From NCBI GenBank assembly GCA_035519565.1, contig DATIWD010000025.1:7061-71060 (forward strand): a stretch of 64,000 nucleotides of DNA, read 5' to 3'. Positions 49,419 to 58,154 of the stretch are shown here, one piece after another. Made by a program: the position numbers and the translations under genes. Numbering within the stretch: position 1 is the stretch's first letter; each line of letters begins with the position of its first letter. This DNA comes from Gemmatimonadales bacterium (GTDB lineage: Bacteria; Gemmatimonadota; Gemmatimonadetes; Gemmatimonadales; GWC2-71-9). The notes under the pieces were generated by a model. The model saw only the letters and a list, made by a program, of their open reading frames with translations, did no database searches and was not told where the DNA came from.

Positions 49419-51302
49419 ATGCCCGCTACTGAAACGCGCACTACCACCGCCAGCTTCCTGAACGCACCGGTCTGGGCCTCCAATGAGCGGGTCAAGGCCT
49501 GGGTGGCGGAGATCGCCGAGCTGACTCGTCCCGACCGCATTCACTGGTGCGATGGCTCCGCGGCCGAGTACGACAAGCTGTGCGCCGAGTTGGTGGCGTC
49601 GGGCACCCTGAAGAAGCTCAATCCCGAGAAGCGGCCCAACAGCTATCTCGCTCTCTCCGACCCCGGCGACGTAGCCCGCGTCGAGGACCGGACCTTCATC
49701 TGCAGCCAGCGGCGCGAGCAGGCCGGACCTACCAACAACTGGATCGATCCGGCCGAGATGCGCGGGACCCTCAAGCGCCTGTTCACCGGGTGCATGCGGG
49801 GACGCACCATGTACGTCGTCCCCTTCAGCATGGGACCGATCGGATCTCCGCTCGCCCAGATCGGGATTGAGGTGACCGACTCGCCCTACGTCGCCATCAA
49901 CATGCGGATCATGACCCGCATGGGGCGCGGCGCCCTCGAGGCCTTGAAGGACCAGAGCTTCGTGCCCTGCGTGCACTCGGTCGGCAAGCCGCTCGCCCCC
50001 GGCGAAAAGGACGTCCCCTGGCCCTGCAACAAGGAAGAGAAGTGGATCGTCCACTTCCCGGAGGAACGGGCCATCTGGTCGTTCGGAAGCGGCTATGGTG
50101 GCAACGCCCTCCTCGGGAAGAAGTGCTTCGCGCTCCGGATCGCCTCGGTGATGGCGCGGGACGAAGGGTGGATGGCGGAGCACATGCTGATCCTGGGCAT
50201 CAAGAGTCCCGAGGGAGAGAAGCGCTACATCGCGGCCGGCTTCCCCAGCGCCTGCGGCAAGACCAACCTGGCCATGCTGCTGCCGCCCAAGGGCTGCGAG
50301 GGATGGACCGTCACCACCGTGGGCGACGACATCGCCTGGATTCGCCCCGGCCCCGACGGCCGCCTGCGCGCCATCAACCCCGAGGCCGGCTTCTTCGGCG
50401 TGGCGCCCGGGACCTCGCTCAAGTCCAATCCGATGGCGATGGCCACCATCGCCTCCAACACCCTGTTCACCAACGTCGCCCAAACCCCTGACGGAGACGT
50501 CTGGTGGGAAGGGATGACCGACGAGCCCCCGGCCGAGCTGATCGACTGGCAGGGACAGCCCTGGACCCCGGGCACCGGGCGGCTCGCTGCGCATCCCAAC
50601 GCGCGCTTCACCACTCCTGCCGCCCAATGTCCCTCGATCGATCCCGAATGGGAGAACCCCGAGGGCGTACCGATCTCGGCGATGTTGTTCGGCGGCCGTC
50701 GCGCCGCTCTGGTGCCGCTGGTCTATCAGGCGCCCAACTGGGCCCTCGGCGTCTACCTCGGGGCGACCATCGGCTCGGAGACCACCGCGGCGGCGGCGGG
50801 AGCGGTGGGACAGGTGCGGCGTGACCCCATGTCCATGCTCCCGTTCTGCGGGTATCACATGGGCGACTATTTCAGTCACTGGCTCAAGATGGGGCGAGCG
50901 ATCTCCGATCCACCGGCGATCTTCGGCGTCAACTGGTTCCGGAAGGACGCGCAGGGCAAGTTCATCTGGCCGGGGTACAGTCAGAACCTCCGCGTCCTGC
51001 AGTGGATCTTCAACCGCGCCGCCGGCCGCGCCGGTGGGGCGGAGAGCCCGCTCGGGTGGATGCCCCGCTACCACGATCTCAACTGGAAAGGCCTCGAGAG
51101 CTTCGGCCCCGAGAGCTATCGGGACCTGATGGCCGTTCCCCGGGACGCCTGGAAGGCGGAGCTGCGGTCGCACCAGGAGCTGTTCGAGACCCTCTACGAC
51201 CATCTCCCGCGCGAGCTCGGCCTGATTCGAGATCTCATGCTGGTCGGCCTCTGGCGGTTGTCCGAGCAGTGGAAGCTCGCCGCCGAACCGGGCTCCAGCT
51301 GA
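49419..51302 (+). CDS. pckG: phosphoenolpyruvate carboxykinase (GTP)
   Basis: Track ORF 49137..51302 trimmed to MPATETR (ATG at 49419; the ATG at 49401 is also possible). Motifs [21 protein letters not shown], the kinase-1a P-loop [13 protein letters not shown] and WEGMTDEPP. Confidence 0.9.
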   Translation: MPATETRTTTASFLNAPVWASNERVKAWVAEIAELTRPDRIHWCDGSAAEYDKLCAELVASGTLKKLNPEKRPNSYLALSDPGDVARVEDRTFICSQRREQAGPTNNWIDPAEMRGTLKRLFTGCMRGRTMYVVPFSMGPIGSPLAQIGIEVTDSPYVAINMRIMTRMGRGALEALKDQSFVPCVHSVGKPLAPGEKDVPWPCNKEEKWIVHFPEERAIWSFGSGYGGNALLGKKCFALRIASVMARDEGWMAEHMLILGIKSPEGEKRYIAAGFPSACGKTNLAMLLPPKGCEGWTVTTVGDDIAWIRPGPDGRLRAINPEAGFFGVAPGTSLKSNPMAMATIASNTLFTNVAQTPDGDVWWEGMTDEPPAELIDWQGQPWTPGTGRLAAHPNARFTTPAAQCPSIDPEWENPEGVPISAMLFGGRRAALVPLVYQAPNWALGVYLGATIGSETTAAAAGAVGQVRRDPMSMLPFCGYHMGDYFSHWLKMGRAISDPPAIFGVNWFRKDAQGKFIWPGYSQNLRVLQWIFNRAAGRAGGAESPLGWMPRYHDLNWKGLESFGPESYRDLMAVPRDAWKAELRSHQELFETLYDHLPRELGLIRDLMLVGLWRLSEQWKLAAEPGSS

Positions 51303-51348
51303 GCCGGCCCGGCCGACCGGTCGTCGGCCCTTCGGCCGGAGCCACCTG

Positions 51349-52626
51349 ATGGGCGACTTCGAAGTCGTACGGGATCCGATCTGGGATAACATCCGGGTCG
51401 ATCCCGGGGCGCTCACCGTTCTCGACACCGAGGCGATGCAGCGCCTCCGCTATGTCCGTCAGCTCGGTCACGCCTTCCTGGTCTATCCCGGCGCCACCCA
51501 CACCCGCTTCGAGCACGCCCTCGGCGCCTACCACCTGACTCGATCGGCCCTCACCGTGTTGGCCGAGCGCGGCGAGCTCAGCGCCGTGCCGGAGGAAGTG
51601 CAGTTGGCGGCCCGGCTGGCCGCGCTGCTCCACGACGTGGGCCACTACCCCTTCTCCCACACCCTGGAGGAGGCCGGGTACCCGCATCACGAGAAGTTGG
51701 GCGTCGCCAAGTTGACCCGGGGAGACCTGGGCGATCGGCTGGCATCCCTGGGAGGACCGGAGCTGGTCGCGAAGATCGGGCGCTTGATCACCGGCGACAG
51801 CGAGAGTCCGCTGCGCGGGCTCATCTCGGGCTCGCTCGACCTCGACAAGATCGATTACCTCAGTCGCGACGCCCGAATGTGTGGCGTCCCCTATGGCGCG
51901 GTGGACGTGGATCGCCTGCTCGCGACCCTGACGCTGGTCGAGACCTCACCGGGGCGCATCGAGGTGGGCGTGTTGGAGAAGGGGATCAGTGCGCTGGAGT
52001 CCCTGCTGTTCGCCAAGTATCAGATGTTCCGGAACGTGTACTGGCACCACGCGGTGCGATCGGCCACCTGCATGTTCAAGCGGGCCGTGCGGAGCGCGGT
52101 GGCGGCCGGTTCCCTCGGCTTCGAGCGGATCGCCGAGAGCACCGACGACGGCCTGACCGAGCGACTCCTGGCGGTGGACGCCACCGGCCTGACTCGCGCG
52201 GTGCAGGCGCGACGCCTCTACAAACGGGCGCTCGACCTGTCCGCCAGCGAGGCCCCCGCGGAGACCCAGGACTGGGTCAGCCAGGACAGCGAGCTGCTGA
52301 GTCGGGTGGAAGACGCGCTGGCCCGGGAGCTGGGCCTCCAGGCGGGACAGCTCCTGCTGGATTTTCCGTCCAACCCCTCGATGCTGTCGGTGGATCTCCC
52401 GCTGCTGACCCGGGGCGGGCGGATCGAGCGCCTGACCGGCGAAGGCCGTCTGGGGCAGTTCGGCCTCCCCCGCGTGGCGGGGGAGCTCTATCAGAGCGCG
52501 CGCCGGCTGCGGATTTTCACCGCCGATCGCGCGCGATCCCCCGAGCGGGCTCTCGAGGTGATGACCTTACCGAAGGAAGTGGTCGAACGACGGCTGAAAG
52601 CGGGAGAGAAGGTGCTCGGGTCCTGA
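51349..52626 (+). CDS. HD-domain metal-dependent phosphohydrolase (dNTPase/SAMHD1-like architecture)
   Basis: 425 aa (THTRFEHALGAYHL, LLHDVGHYPFSH, LDKIDYLSRDARMCGVPYG). Confidence 0.8.
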   Translation: MGDFEVVRDPIWDNIRVDPGALTVLDTEAMQRLRYVRQLGHAFLVYPGATHTRFEHALGAYHLTRSALTVLAERGELSAVPEEVQLAARLAALLHDVGHYPFSHTLEEAGYPHHEKLGVAKLTRGDLGDRLASLGGPELVAKIGRLITGDSESPLRGLISGSLDLDKIDYLSRDARMCGVPYGAVDVDRLLATLTLVETSPGRIEVGVLEKGISALESLLFAKYQMFRNVYWHHAVRSATCMFKRAVRSAVAAGSLGFERIAESTDDGLTERLLAVDATGLTRAVQARRLYKRALDLSASEAPAETQDWVSQDSELLSRVEDALARELGLQAGQLLLDFPSNPSMLSVDLPLLTRGGRIERLTGEGRLGQFGLPRVAGELYQSARRLRIFTADRARSPERALEVMTLPKEVVERRLKAGEKVLGS

Positions 52627-52630
52627 GGGA

Positions 52631-53410
52631 CTAGTTCTTCTGCTGTCCGGCCGCCGCGGGCGTACCGTGAGGGGTGGCCTCCTCGGGTTCGATCCGGATC
52701 ACGATCACGGTGATGTTGTCGAGCCCGCCGCGCTGATTCGCTTCCGAGACCATCTCATCTACCCACTGCTGTGGCCCTGCCCCGGTCTTGAGGATCTGCA
52801 CCAGCTGATCGTCCTCCAGCATGCCAGTGAGCCCATCGGAAGCCAGCATGACGACATCTCCGGGCCTGAGCGAGCCGAAGTAGAGGTCGGGGACCACCTC
52901 GGCGTTGGCGCCGATGCACCGGGTAATCACGTTGCTGTAGGGATGGATCCGCGCCTGCTCGGGGGTGAGCAGGCCCAGGTCCACCTGTTCCTGCACGTAG
53001 GAGTGGTCCTTGGTGACCTGAATGAAGTGGCCGTTCCGGAGCAGGTAGGCCCGGCTGTCCCCCACTTGGCCGATCAGGAAACGATGCGGGAGGAGAATCA
53101 TCGCGGTGGTGGTCGTGCCCATCCCCCGCTTGTCGTGCTCCGTGAGCGTTCGTTCGAAGATGGCGTGATTGGCCTGGATGATCGCTTTCCGCATCCGGTC
53201 GCCGGCCTCCTCGTCATTCAGGCCGCGGAGGGACCCCAACTCCTTGGAGATGAGCCGCACCGCCATCTCGCTCGCTACCTCACCGGCGGCGTGCCCACCC
53301 ATGCCGTCGGCCACGATGAAGACGCCGCGGTCGGACAACATGAGGTAGTTGTCTTCGTTTCCCGACCGGACGATGCCGGTATCCGTCCGTGCGGCGCAGG
53401 TGAATCTCAC
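52631..53410 (-). CDS. PP2C-family Ser/Thr protein phosphatase
   Basis: Track ORF trimmed to the GTG at 53410 (VRFTCAARTDTGIVRSGNEDN), 8 nt after the FHA gene stop. PPM motifs present (ADGMGGH, LASDGLT, DNITVIV). Confidence 0.85.
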   Translation of the reverse strand: MRFTCAARTDTGIVRSGNEDNYLMLSDRGVFIVADGMGGHAAGEVASEMAVRLISKELGSLRGLNDEEAGDRMRKAIIQANHAIFERTLTEHDKRGMGTTTTAMILLPHRFLIGQVGDSRAYLLRNGHFIQVTKDHSYVQEQVDLGLLTPEQARIHPYSNVITRCIGANAEVVPDLYFGSLRPGDVVMLASDGLTGMLEDDQLVQILKTGAGPQQWVDEMVSEANQRGGLDNITVIVIRIEPEEATPHGTPAAAGQQKN

Positions 53411-53418
53411 GGGACCGA

Positions 53419-54954
53419 TTACCTGAAGAAAAAGACGGCCGCCGCGACTGCGACCAGGGCCAGAACCACGGCCGGAATGACCCACCACGGTCGCTCCTTC
53501 TTCCCGGCGACCACGATCACCGGCGCCCTCCGAGGCGCCGCGGCCCGTGGTGCCGACTCCGCTCCTGCCTGGGCCGGCGGAGCGGGGGGAGGAGGAGCGG
53601 GTATGGGCGGAGGAGGCGCCGGAGGAGGCGCGGCCTGACGTGGAGCGGCAGGCGGTGGCGGTGGTGTCGGCACCGCCCCCATCACCTTCGTCCCCGACGG
53701 CCGGCTCACGGCCGCGTTGTCATCCGATGGGTCGAACAGGACCGAGACCTCTCCGAACCGCACCACGGTCCCCGGGCTCAGCGGCGTGTCGCTGGTGATC
53801 TTCTCTCCGTCGACGAAAGTGCCATTGGTCGAGGCGAGGTCGCTCAGCATCCAGACCTCCTCGCGCCGTTGCAGCTTGGCGTGCTGGGTGCTCACGCTCT
53901 CGTCGGGAATGACCAGGTCGTTGTAGTCCGCCCGTCCGATATTCACCACCGGGACCCGCACCTGGAGACGGTTCCCCTTGAGCATCCCGCTTCGCACCAG
54001 CATGCTGGCCAGCGGCGGCGTCCCCGACGGACGGGGAGCCGCAGTGGGCTGAGGCGTCGATGGGGGGGCCGGCATCGCGGCCCCGTACATGGTGTCGTGC
54101 AGCCGCTGCTGCGCGCCTGGGGGCGTCGGTCCGGTCACACGCGGTGGAGCCGGCGGCGGCGCACTGGGGGCGGGCGGCATCGGCGGCACCGGGATCGATC
54201 CCGGGAACGGCGTGGTCGCGACCATGCCCGCCGGCGGCGGAATGGATCCGGGCAACGGCGTGGTCGCCGGAGCTCCCGACACCGGAGGCGGCGCCGGGGG
54301 AGCGCTGTCGGCGTAGAACCGAAACTCGTGGTCACCGACGCGGATCACATCCGCCCGCGAGAGTAGCCGCTGCGCAGCGACCCGCTCGCCGTTGACGAAG
54401 GTGCCGTTCACGCTGCTGTCCACCAGGACGTAGCCCTGGGGCGCAGCCATGATCTCGGCATGTCGGCGGGAGACTTCCTTGGATGGGACCACGATGTCAC
54501 AGCCGGCTTCACGACCGAACACCAGTGGCTGGTCACCTACCGTGTATTCGCGCCCATCGGTCAGACACACCAGCCGACCACCGGTCGAAGCGGTCGGCGC
54601 TTTGGGCCCGACCCCCTTCGCTGCCGCCATCTTCGCCAGCTCGGCCCCGCTGATGAACTGCGTGCTGCCGCTCCGCCGAGGATCGACGCAGACCAGCTCC
54701 TGGTCGCCGACCTGCAGCTTGTCCCCATGGAGGATCGGCGCCGGGTCGGCGCCCAAGCGGACCCCGTTCAGCTCGACGACCGCCTCGGAATCCGCCGGCC
54801 GGACCGCGGCTGAGCCATCCGGAGTACCCTGAACCCGGACGTGTACCGGCCGTACGCCCACCCCCGCCACCCGGATGGCACAAGAGGGGTCCGAGCCAAT
54901 GGCCGCTTCGCCCACGGGAATGGTGAAGCGTTGCCCGGCCAGTTCGAGTTCCAT
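53419..54954 (-). CDS. triple-FHA-domain protein with Pro-rich linkers and C-terminal TM anchor
   Basis: 511 aa. A degenerate N-terminal FHA-like region is followed by two clear FHA domains (FGREAGCDIVVPSKEVSRRHAEI...NGTFVNG and IGRADYNDLVIPDESVSTQHAKL...NGTFVDG), poly-Pro segments, and a terminal WWVIPAVVLALVAVAAAVFFF. Confidence 0.8.
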   Translation of the reverse strand: MELELAGQRFTIPVGEAAIGSDPSCAIRVAGVGVRPVHVRVQGTPDGSAAVRPADSEAVVELNGVRLGADPAPILHGDKLQVGDQELVCVDPRRSGSTQFISGAELAKMAAAKGVGPKAPTASTGGRLVCLTDGREYTVGDQPLVFGREAGCDIVVPSKEVSRRHAEIMAAPQGYVLVDSSVNGTFVNGERVAAQRLLSRADVIRVGDHEFRFYADSAPPAPPPVSGAPATTPLPGSIPPPAGMVATTPFPGSIPVPPMPPAPSAPPPAPPRVTGPTPPGAQQRLHDTMYGAAMPAPPSTPQPTAAPRPSGTPPLASMLVRSGMLKGNRLQVRVPVVNIGRADYNDLVIPDESVSTQHAKLQRREEVWMLSDLASTNGTFVDGEKITSDTPLSPGTVVRFGEVSVLFDPSDDNAAVSRPSGTKVMGAVPTPPPPPAAPRQAAPPPAPPPPIPAPPPPAPPAQAGAESAPRAAAPRRAPVIVVAGKKERPWWVIPAVVLALVAVAAAVFFFR

Positions 54955-55096
54955 AAGGAAGAGAGGTCCTGTTCGGCGAACTTGGGGTCAAACGTATCTG
55001 CGGGCTAATGGCCGCGCAAGCGAAATCGGACCCCGGATATCGCCCCTTGACAGTGCCCTCGCGCACCGTGGAAGTGTCGTCCCCTGATGCGCTTGG

Positions 55097-56953
55097 CTAG
55101 GCCACGCGATCTCGTCCATTGGCCTCCGTTCTCGCCGTGGCACCGGGGCCGAATTGCAACCGGTAGAGGCGTTCATAGAGGCCACCCTGGGCCAGCAGAG
55201 AGCGGTGGGAGCCGCGCTCACGGATCTCCCCGTGATGGAGCACCAGGATTTCGTCCGCGTGGAGGATGGTGCTCAGCCGGTGAGCCACGACCAGGCTGGT
55301 CCGGCCCGCCATCAGCTCCGCCAGGGCCCGCTGAATCTGCGCCTCCGCTTCTGCATCGACCGAGCTGGTGGCCTCGTCGAGCACCAGGATCCGGGGATCC
55401 AGGGCCAGCGCTCGCGCGAAGCTCAGCAGTTGCCGCTCCCCGACGCTCAAGCTTCTCCCCCGCTCGCCGAGCACGTGTCCGTACCCGGCCGGCAATCGCT
55501 CGATGAACCGGTCCGCACCCACCCGGTGAGCCGCAGCCTTTGCCTGGTCCGCCGTGACCGGCATATCGAGGGTCAGGTTGCGGAGCAGGTCCCCGGTGAA
55601 GAGAAACAGGTCCTGCTGCACGAATCCGATCAGTCCCCGCAGCTCGGCGGTCGAGAGCTCGCGAAGGTCGGTCCCGTCGATCGTGATGCGCCCCCGCACC
55701 GGATCGTAAAAGCGAAGCAGGAGACTCAGGATCGTGGTCTTCCCCGCTCCGGTGGCGCCCACCAGCGCCACGGTCTGCCCGGGCCGCGCGGTAAACGAAA
55801 CGTCCTGCAGCACCCACCGCTCCCTCTGGCCCTCACGCCCGACCGGGCTCTCCGGGTCCGCAACCCCGTCGTAGCGGAACCAGACCCCTTCAAAGGCAAC
55901 CGATCCGCGAACCGGCGGGCGGAGCCGCGCCGGACGAGCCGGCTCGACCACCGCCAGCGGCGTGTCCAGCAACCGGAAGACCCGCTCGCCCGAGGCCATG
56001 GCACTCTGGACCAGGTTGTATTTCTCCGACAGATCCTGGAGTGGTTGGAAGAACCGGCGGGTGAGTTGAATGAACGCGGCCAGGACGCCCACCGTAACCG
56101 AGCCCGCTAACGCCCGTACCCCGCCGTAATAGAGCAGTACCGCCAGGGCGACGGAGGTCAGCACTTCGATCACCGGGAAGAACACCGCGTAGACCACAAT
56201 CGACTTGAGGTGCGCCTCCAGGTGCTCATCGTTGATCCTCCCGAACTGGCGTGCCGCCTCCGGCTCGCGGTTGAACAACTGGACCACCCGCATCCCCGAG
56301 AGATGCTCCTGGAGAAAGCTGTTGAGCCGCGCCAGACGAACCCGGATCTCCCGGAACGCGTCCCGTACGCTGGTCCGGAAGACCGAGACCGTCAGGAAGA
56401 CCAGTGGCATCACGGCAAAGGCGGCGAGCGCCAGGCGCCAGTCGATGACGATCATCATCACCATGATCGCCACCAGGGTAACCAGGTCGCCGAGCACTGC
56501 GACCACGCCGCTCGAGAACAGCTCGTTCAGGGTCTCGACGTCGGACGTCACCCTGGTCATCAGGCGACCGACCGGATTGCGGTCGAAGAATCCGATGTTG
56601 AGCCGCTGGAGCTGGCTGAAGACCTCGAGGCGGAGGTCGCACATGACGCGCTGGCCGATCCACGAGGTCAGGACCGCCTGCCCGTAGTCGAGCAGGAATT
56701 CCAGCACGAGAACCACCAGGAACGTGGCGGCGAGCGTAGCCAGGAGCCCCAGGTCCTGCCGCGGGATCGCGATGTCGAGCGCGCGCTGGGTGAGGTAGGG
56801 ACCGACCAGCGCGAGGCCGGAGAGGGAGAGCAGGACCAGGACCGCCAGCGCCGTCGGCCAGCGGTAGGGACGGAGGTAGGCGACCAGACGTCGTGCCAGC
56901 GCCGCGTCGTAGCCGCGGGCTGGCAGGTCTTCTTCTGGAAGAAAGCCGGTCAC
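55097..56953 (-). CDS. ABC transporter, fused permease/ATPase (MsbA/multidrug exporter type)
   Basis: 618 aa. Six-TM ABC_membrane domain plus NBD (GATGAGKTT, LSVGERQLLSFARAL, LVLDEATSSVD). Confidence 0.9.
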   Translation of the reverse strand: MTGFLPEEDLPARGYDAALARRLVAYLRPYRWPTALAVLVLLSLSGLALVGPYLTQRALDIAIPRQDLGLLATLAATFLVVLVLEFLLDYGQAVLTSWIGQRVMCDLRLEVFSQLQRLNIGFFDRNPVGRLMTRVTSDVETLNELFSSGVVAVLGDLVTLVAIMVMMIVIDWRLALAAFAVMPLVFLTVSVFRTSVRDAFREIRVRLARLNSFLQEHLSGMRVVQLFNREPEAARQFGRINDEHLEAHLKSIVVYAVFFPVIEVLTSVALAVLLYYGGVRALAGSVTVGVLAAFIQLTRRFFQPLQDLSEKYNLVQSAMASGERVFRLLDTPLAVVEPARPARLRPPVRGSVAFEGVWFRYDGVADPESPVGREGQRERWVLQDVSFTARPGQTVALVGATGAGKTTILSLLLRFYDPVRGRITIDGTDLRELSTAELRGLIGFVQQDLFLFTGDLLRNLTLDMPVTADQAKAAAHRVGADRFIERLPAGYGHVLGERGRSLSVGERQLLSFARALALDPRILVLDEATSSVDAEAEAQIQRALAELMAGRTSLVVAHRLSTILHADEILVLHHGEIRERGSHRSLLAQGGLYERLYRLQFGPGATARTEANGRDRVA

Positions 56954-56957
56954 CCGA

Positions 56958-58073
56958 TCACCCTGCGCCGACCGCGGGCATCTCGTCCGAGCCGGCCGTA
57001 ATACCCCGCAGGCCCTGCCGGACCCAGCGGGAGAACACCACGAAGCCGAAGGCGAGGGTGAAGTAGCTGAGGATGCAGCGCCAGACCAGCGTGTAGAGCG
57101 GAGTGAGCGCCGGCGGCAGATAGACCGAGGACATCACCGCGGCCGAGAGCATTTCCGCGAGACCCGACGCTCCTGGAGTCGGCGCGAAATAGAGAAGAAA
57201 CGTGATCAGGGTCTGGAGCAGCAGGACGTCGACGAAGTTGGCGTGCAGCCCCCCCACCGCCCGCAGCGCCACGTAGCCCGCCAGCAGCTTGTTGGCGTGC
57301 GAGGGCCCCGAGAGCAGCGTGGCCCAAGCCAGGGAAAGCCAGCCCTGTGGGCTACTGAAGGAAACGAAGCTCTGATGCGCCCGGTCGATCCCCGCGCGCA
57401 GGGCCTCCAGACGCTCCCCCACTCGCTGGCTCCGGCGGCCTACCCGCTCGGCCAATCCGTGCAGCGACTCGCGAATCAGATGGGGGAAAATGATCACCAG
57501 GACCATGACGAGTCCCAGGCCGGCAAAGATCCCGAGGCTCCCCAGGAACAACTGGTAGAGCGAGAGTCCGAGGAAATTGCCGTAGCGCTCCAGGGATCGG
57601 CCGCCGCCCAGGATGATCGCCAGCGGCCCGGCCAGCGCGAAGAAGATCACCGTGGCGATGAACGACATCAGGGTCGTGGTGACCGCGTCGGGGAGCGGGA
57701 CCCCGTAGCGCCGCATCGTGTAGATCATCATCGGACCCGAGCCCGACGAGAGTGGCGTCAGGTATCCTGCCCAGGCGCCCATGCCGCCCGCCAGAATCAT
57801 CCCCTTCATCGAGACCGGTGAGTGCACGTGACGCACCAGCACCCAGAGTCGCAGGCCACCGCCGATCCAGTCGAGCGCCGCCAGCCCCACGCCCACCAGC
57901 ATCCAGCGCCATTGCAGCTGGCTTGCGGCCGCCACGAACGCCGGCAGGTCGTTGCCGTAGACGAAAACCGCCCCGAAGCCGAGCAGCGAGACGAGGACGA
58001 AGACCAGGAACCACTTGCGGACGAGACTGGGGGAGAGGACGATCGCCATGACGGGGGAAACGTAACGTTCCAT
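56958..58073 (-). CDS. flippase-like / lysylphosphatidylglycerol-synthase TM-region family membrane protein
   Basis: Only the 3' third of track ORF 56958..59753 is credible, starting at MERYVSPVMAIV (ATG at 58073; the ATG at 58049 is an alternative). It is polytopic (about 8 TM) and resembles the UPF0104 family. It ends 4 nt upstream of the ABC exporter. Confidence 0.65.
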   Translation of the reverse strand: MERYVSPVMAIVLSPSLVRKWFLVFVLVSLLGFGAVFVYGNDLPAFVAAASQLQWRWMLVGVGLAALDWIGGGLRLWVLVRHVHSPVSMKGMILAGGMGAWAGYLTPLSSGSGPMMIYTMRRYGVPLPDAVTTTLMSFIATVIFFALAGPLAIILGGGRSLERYGNFLGLSLYQLFLGSLGIFAGLGLVMVLVIIFPHLIRESLHGLAERVGRRSQRVGERLEALRAGIDRAHQSFVSFSSPQGWLSLAWATLLSGPSHANKLLAGYVALRAVGGLHANFVDVLLLQTLITFLLYFAPTPGASGLAEMLSAAVMSSVYLPPALTPLYTLVWRCILSYFTLAFGFVVFSRWVRQGLRGITAGSDEMPAVGAG

Positions 58074-58154
58074 AACGCCGAGGGGCAGATGGGCTGAGCC
58101 ATCCGAGTTGACCATCTGCCCATTCGGGTGGGAGTCTCGGTATCCTTCGTCACC

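Noticed and set aside
49284-51428. 714-aa minus-strand ORF
   Set aside because: It is antisense to GTP-PEPCK, which is strongly supported on the + strand.
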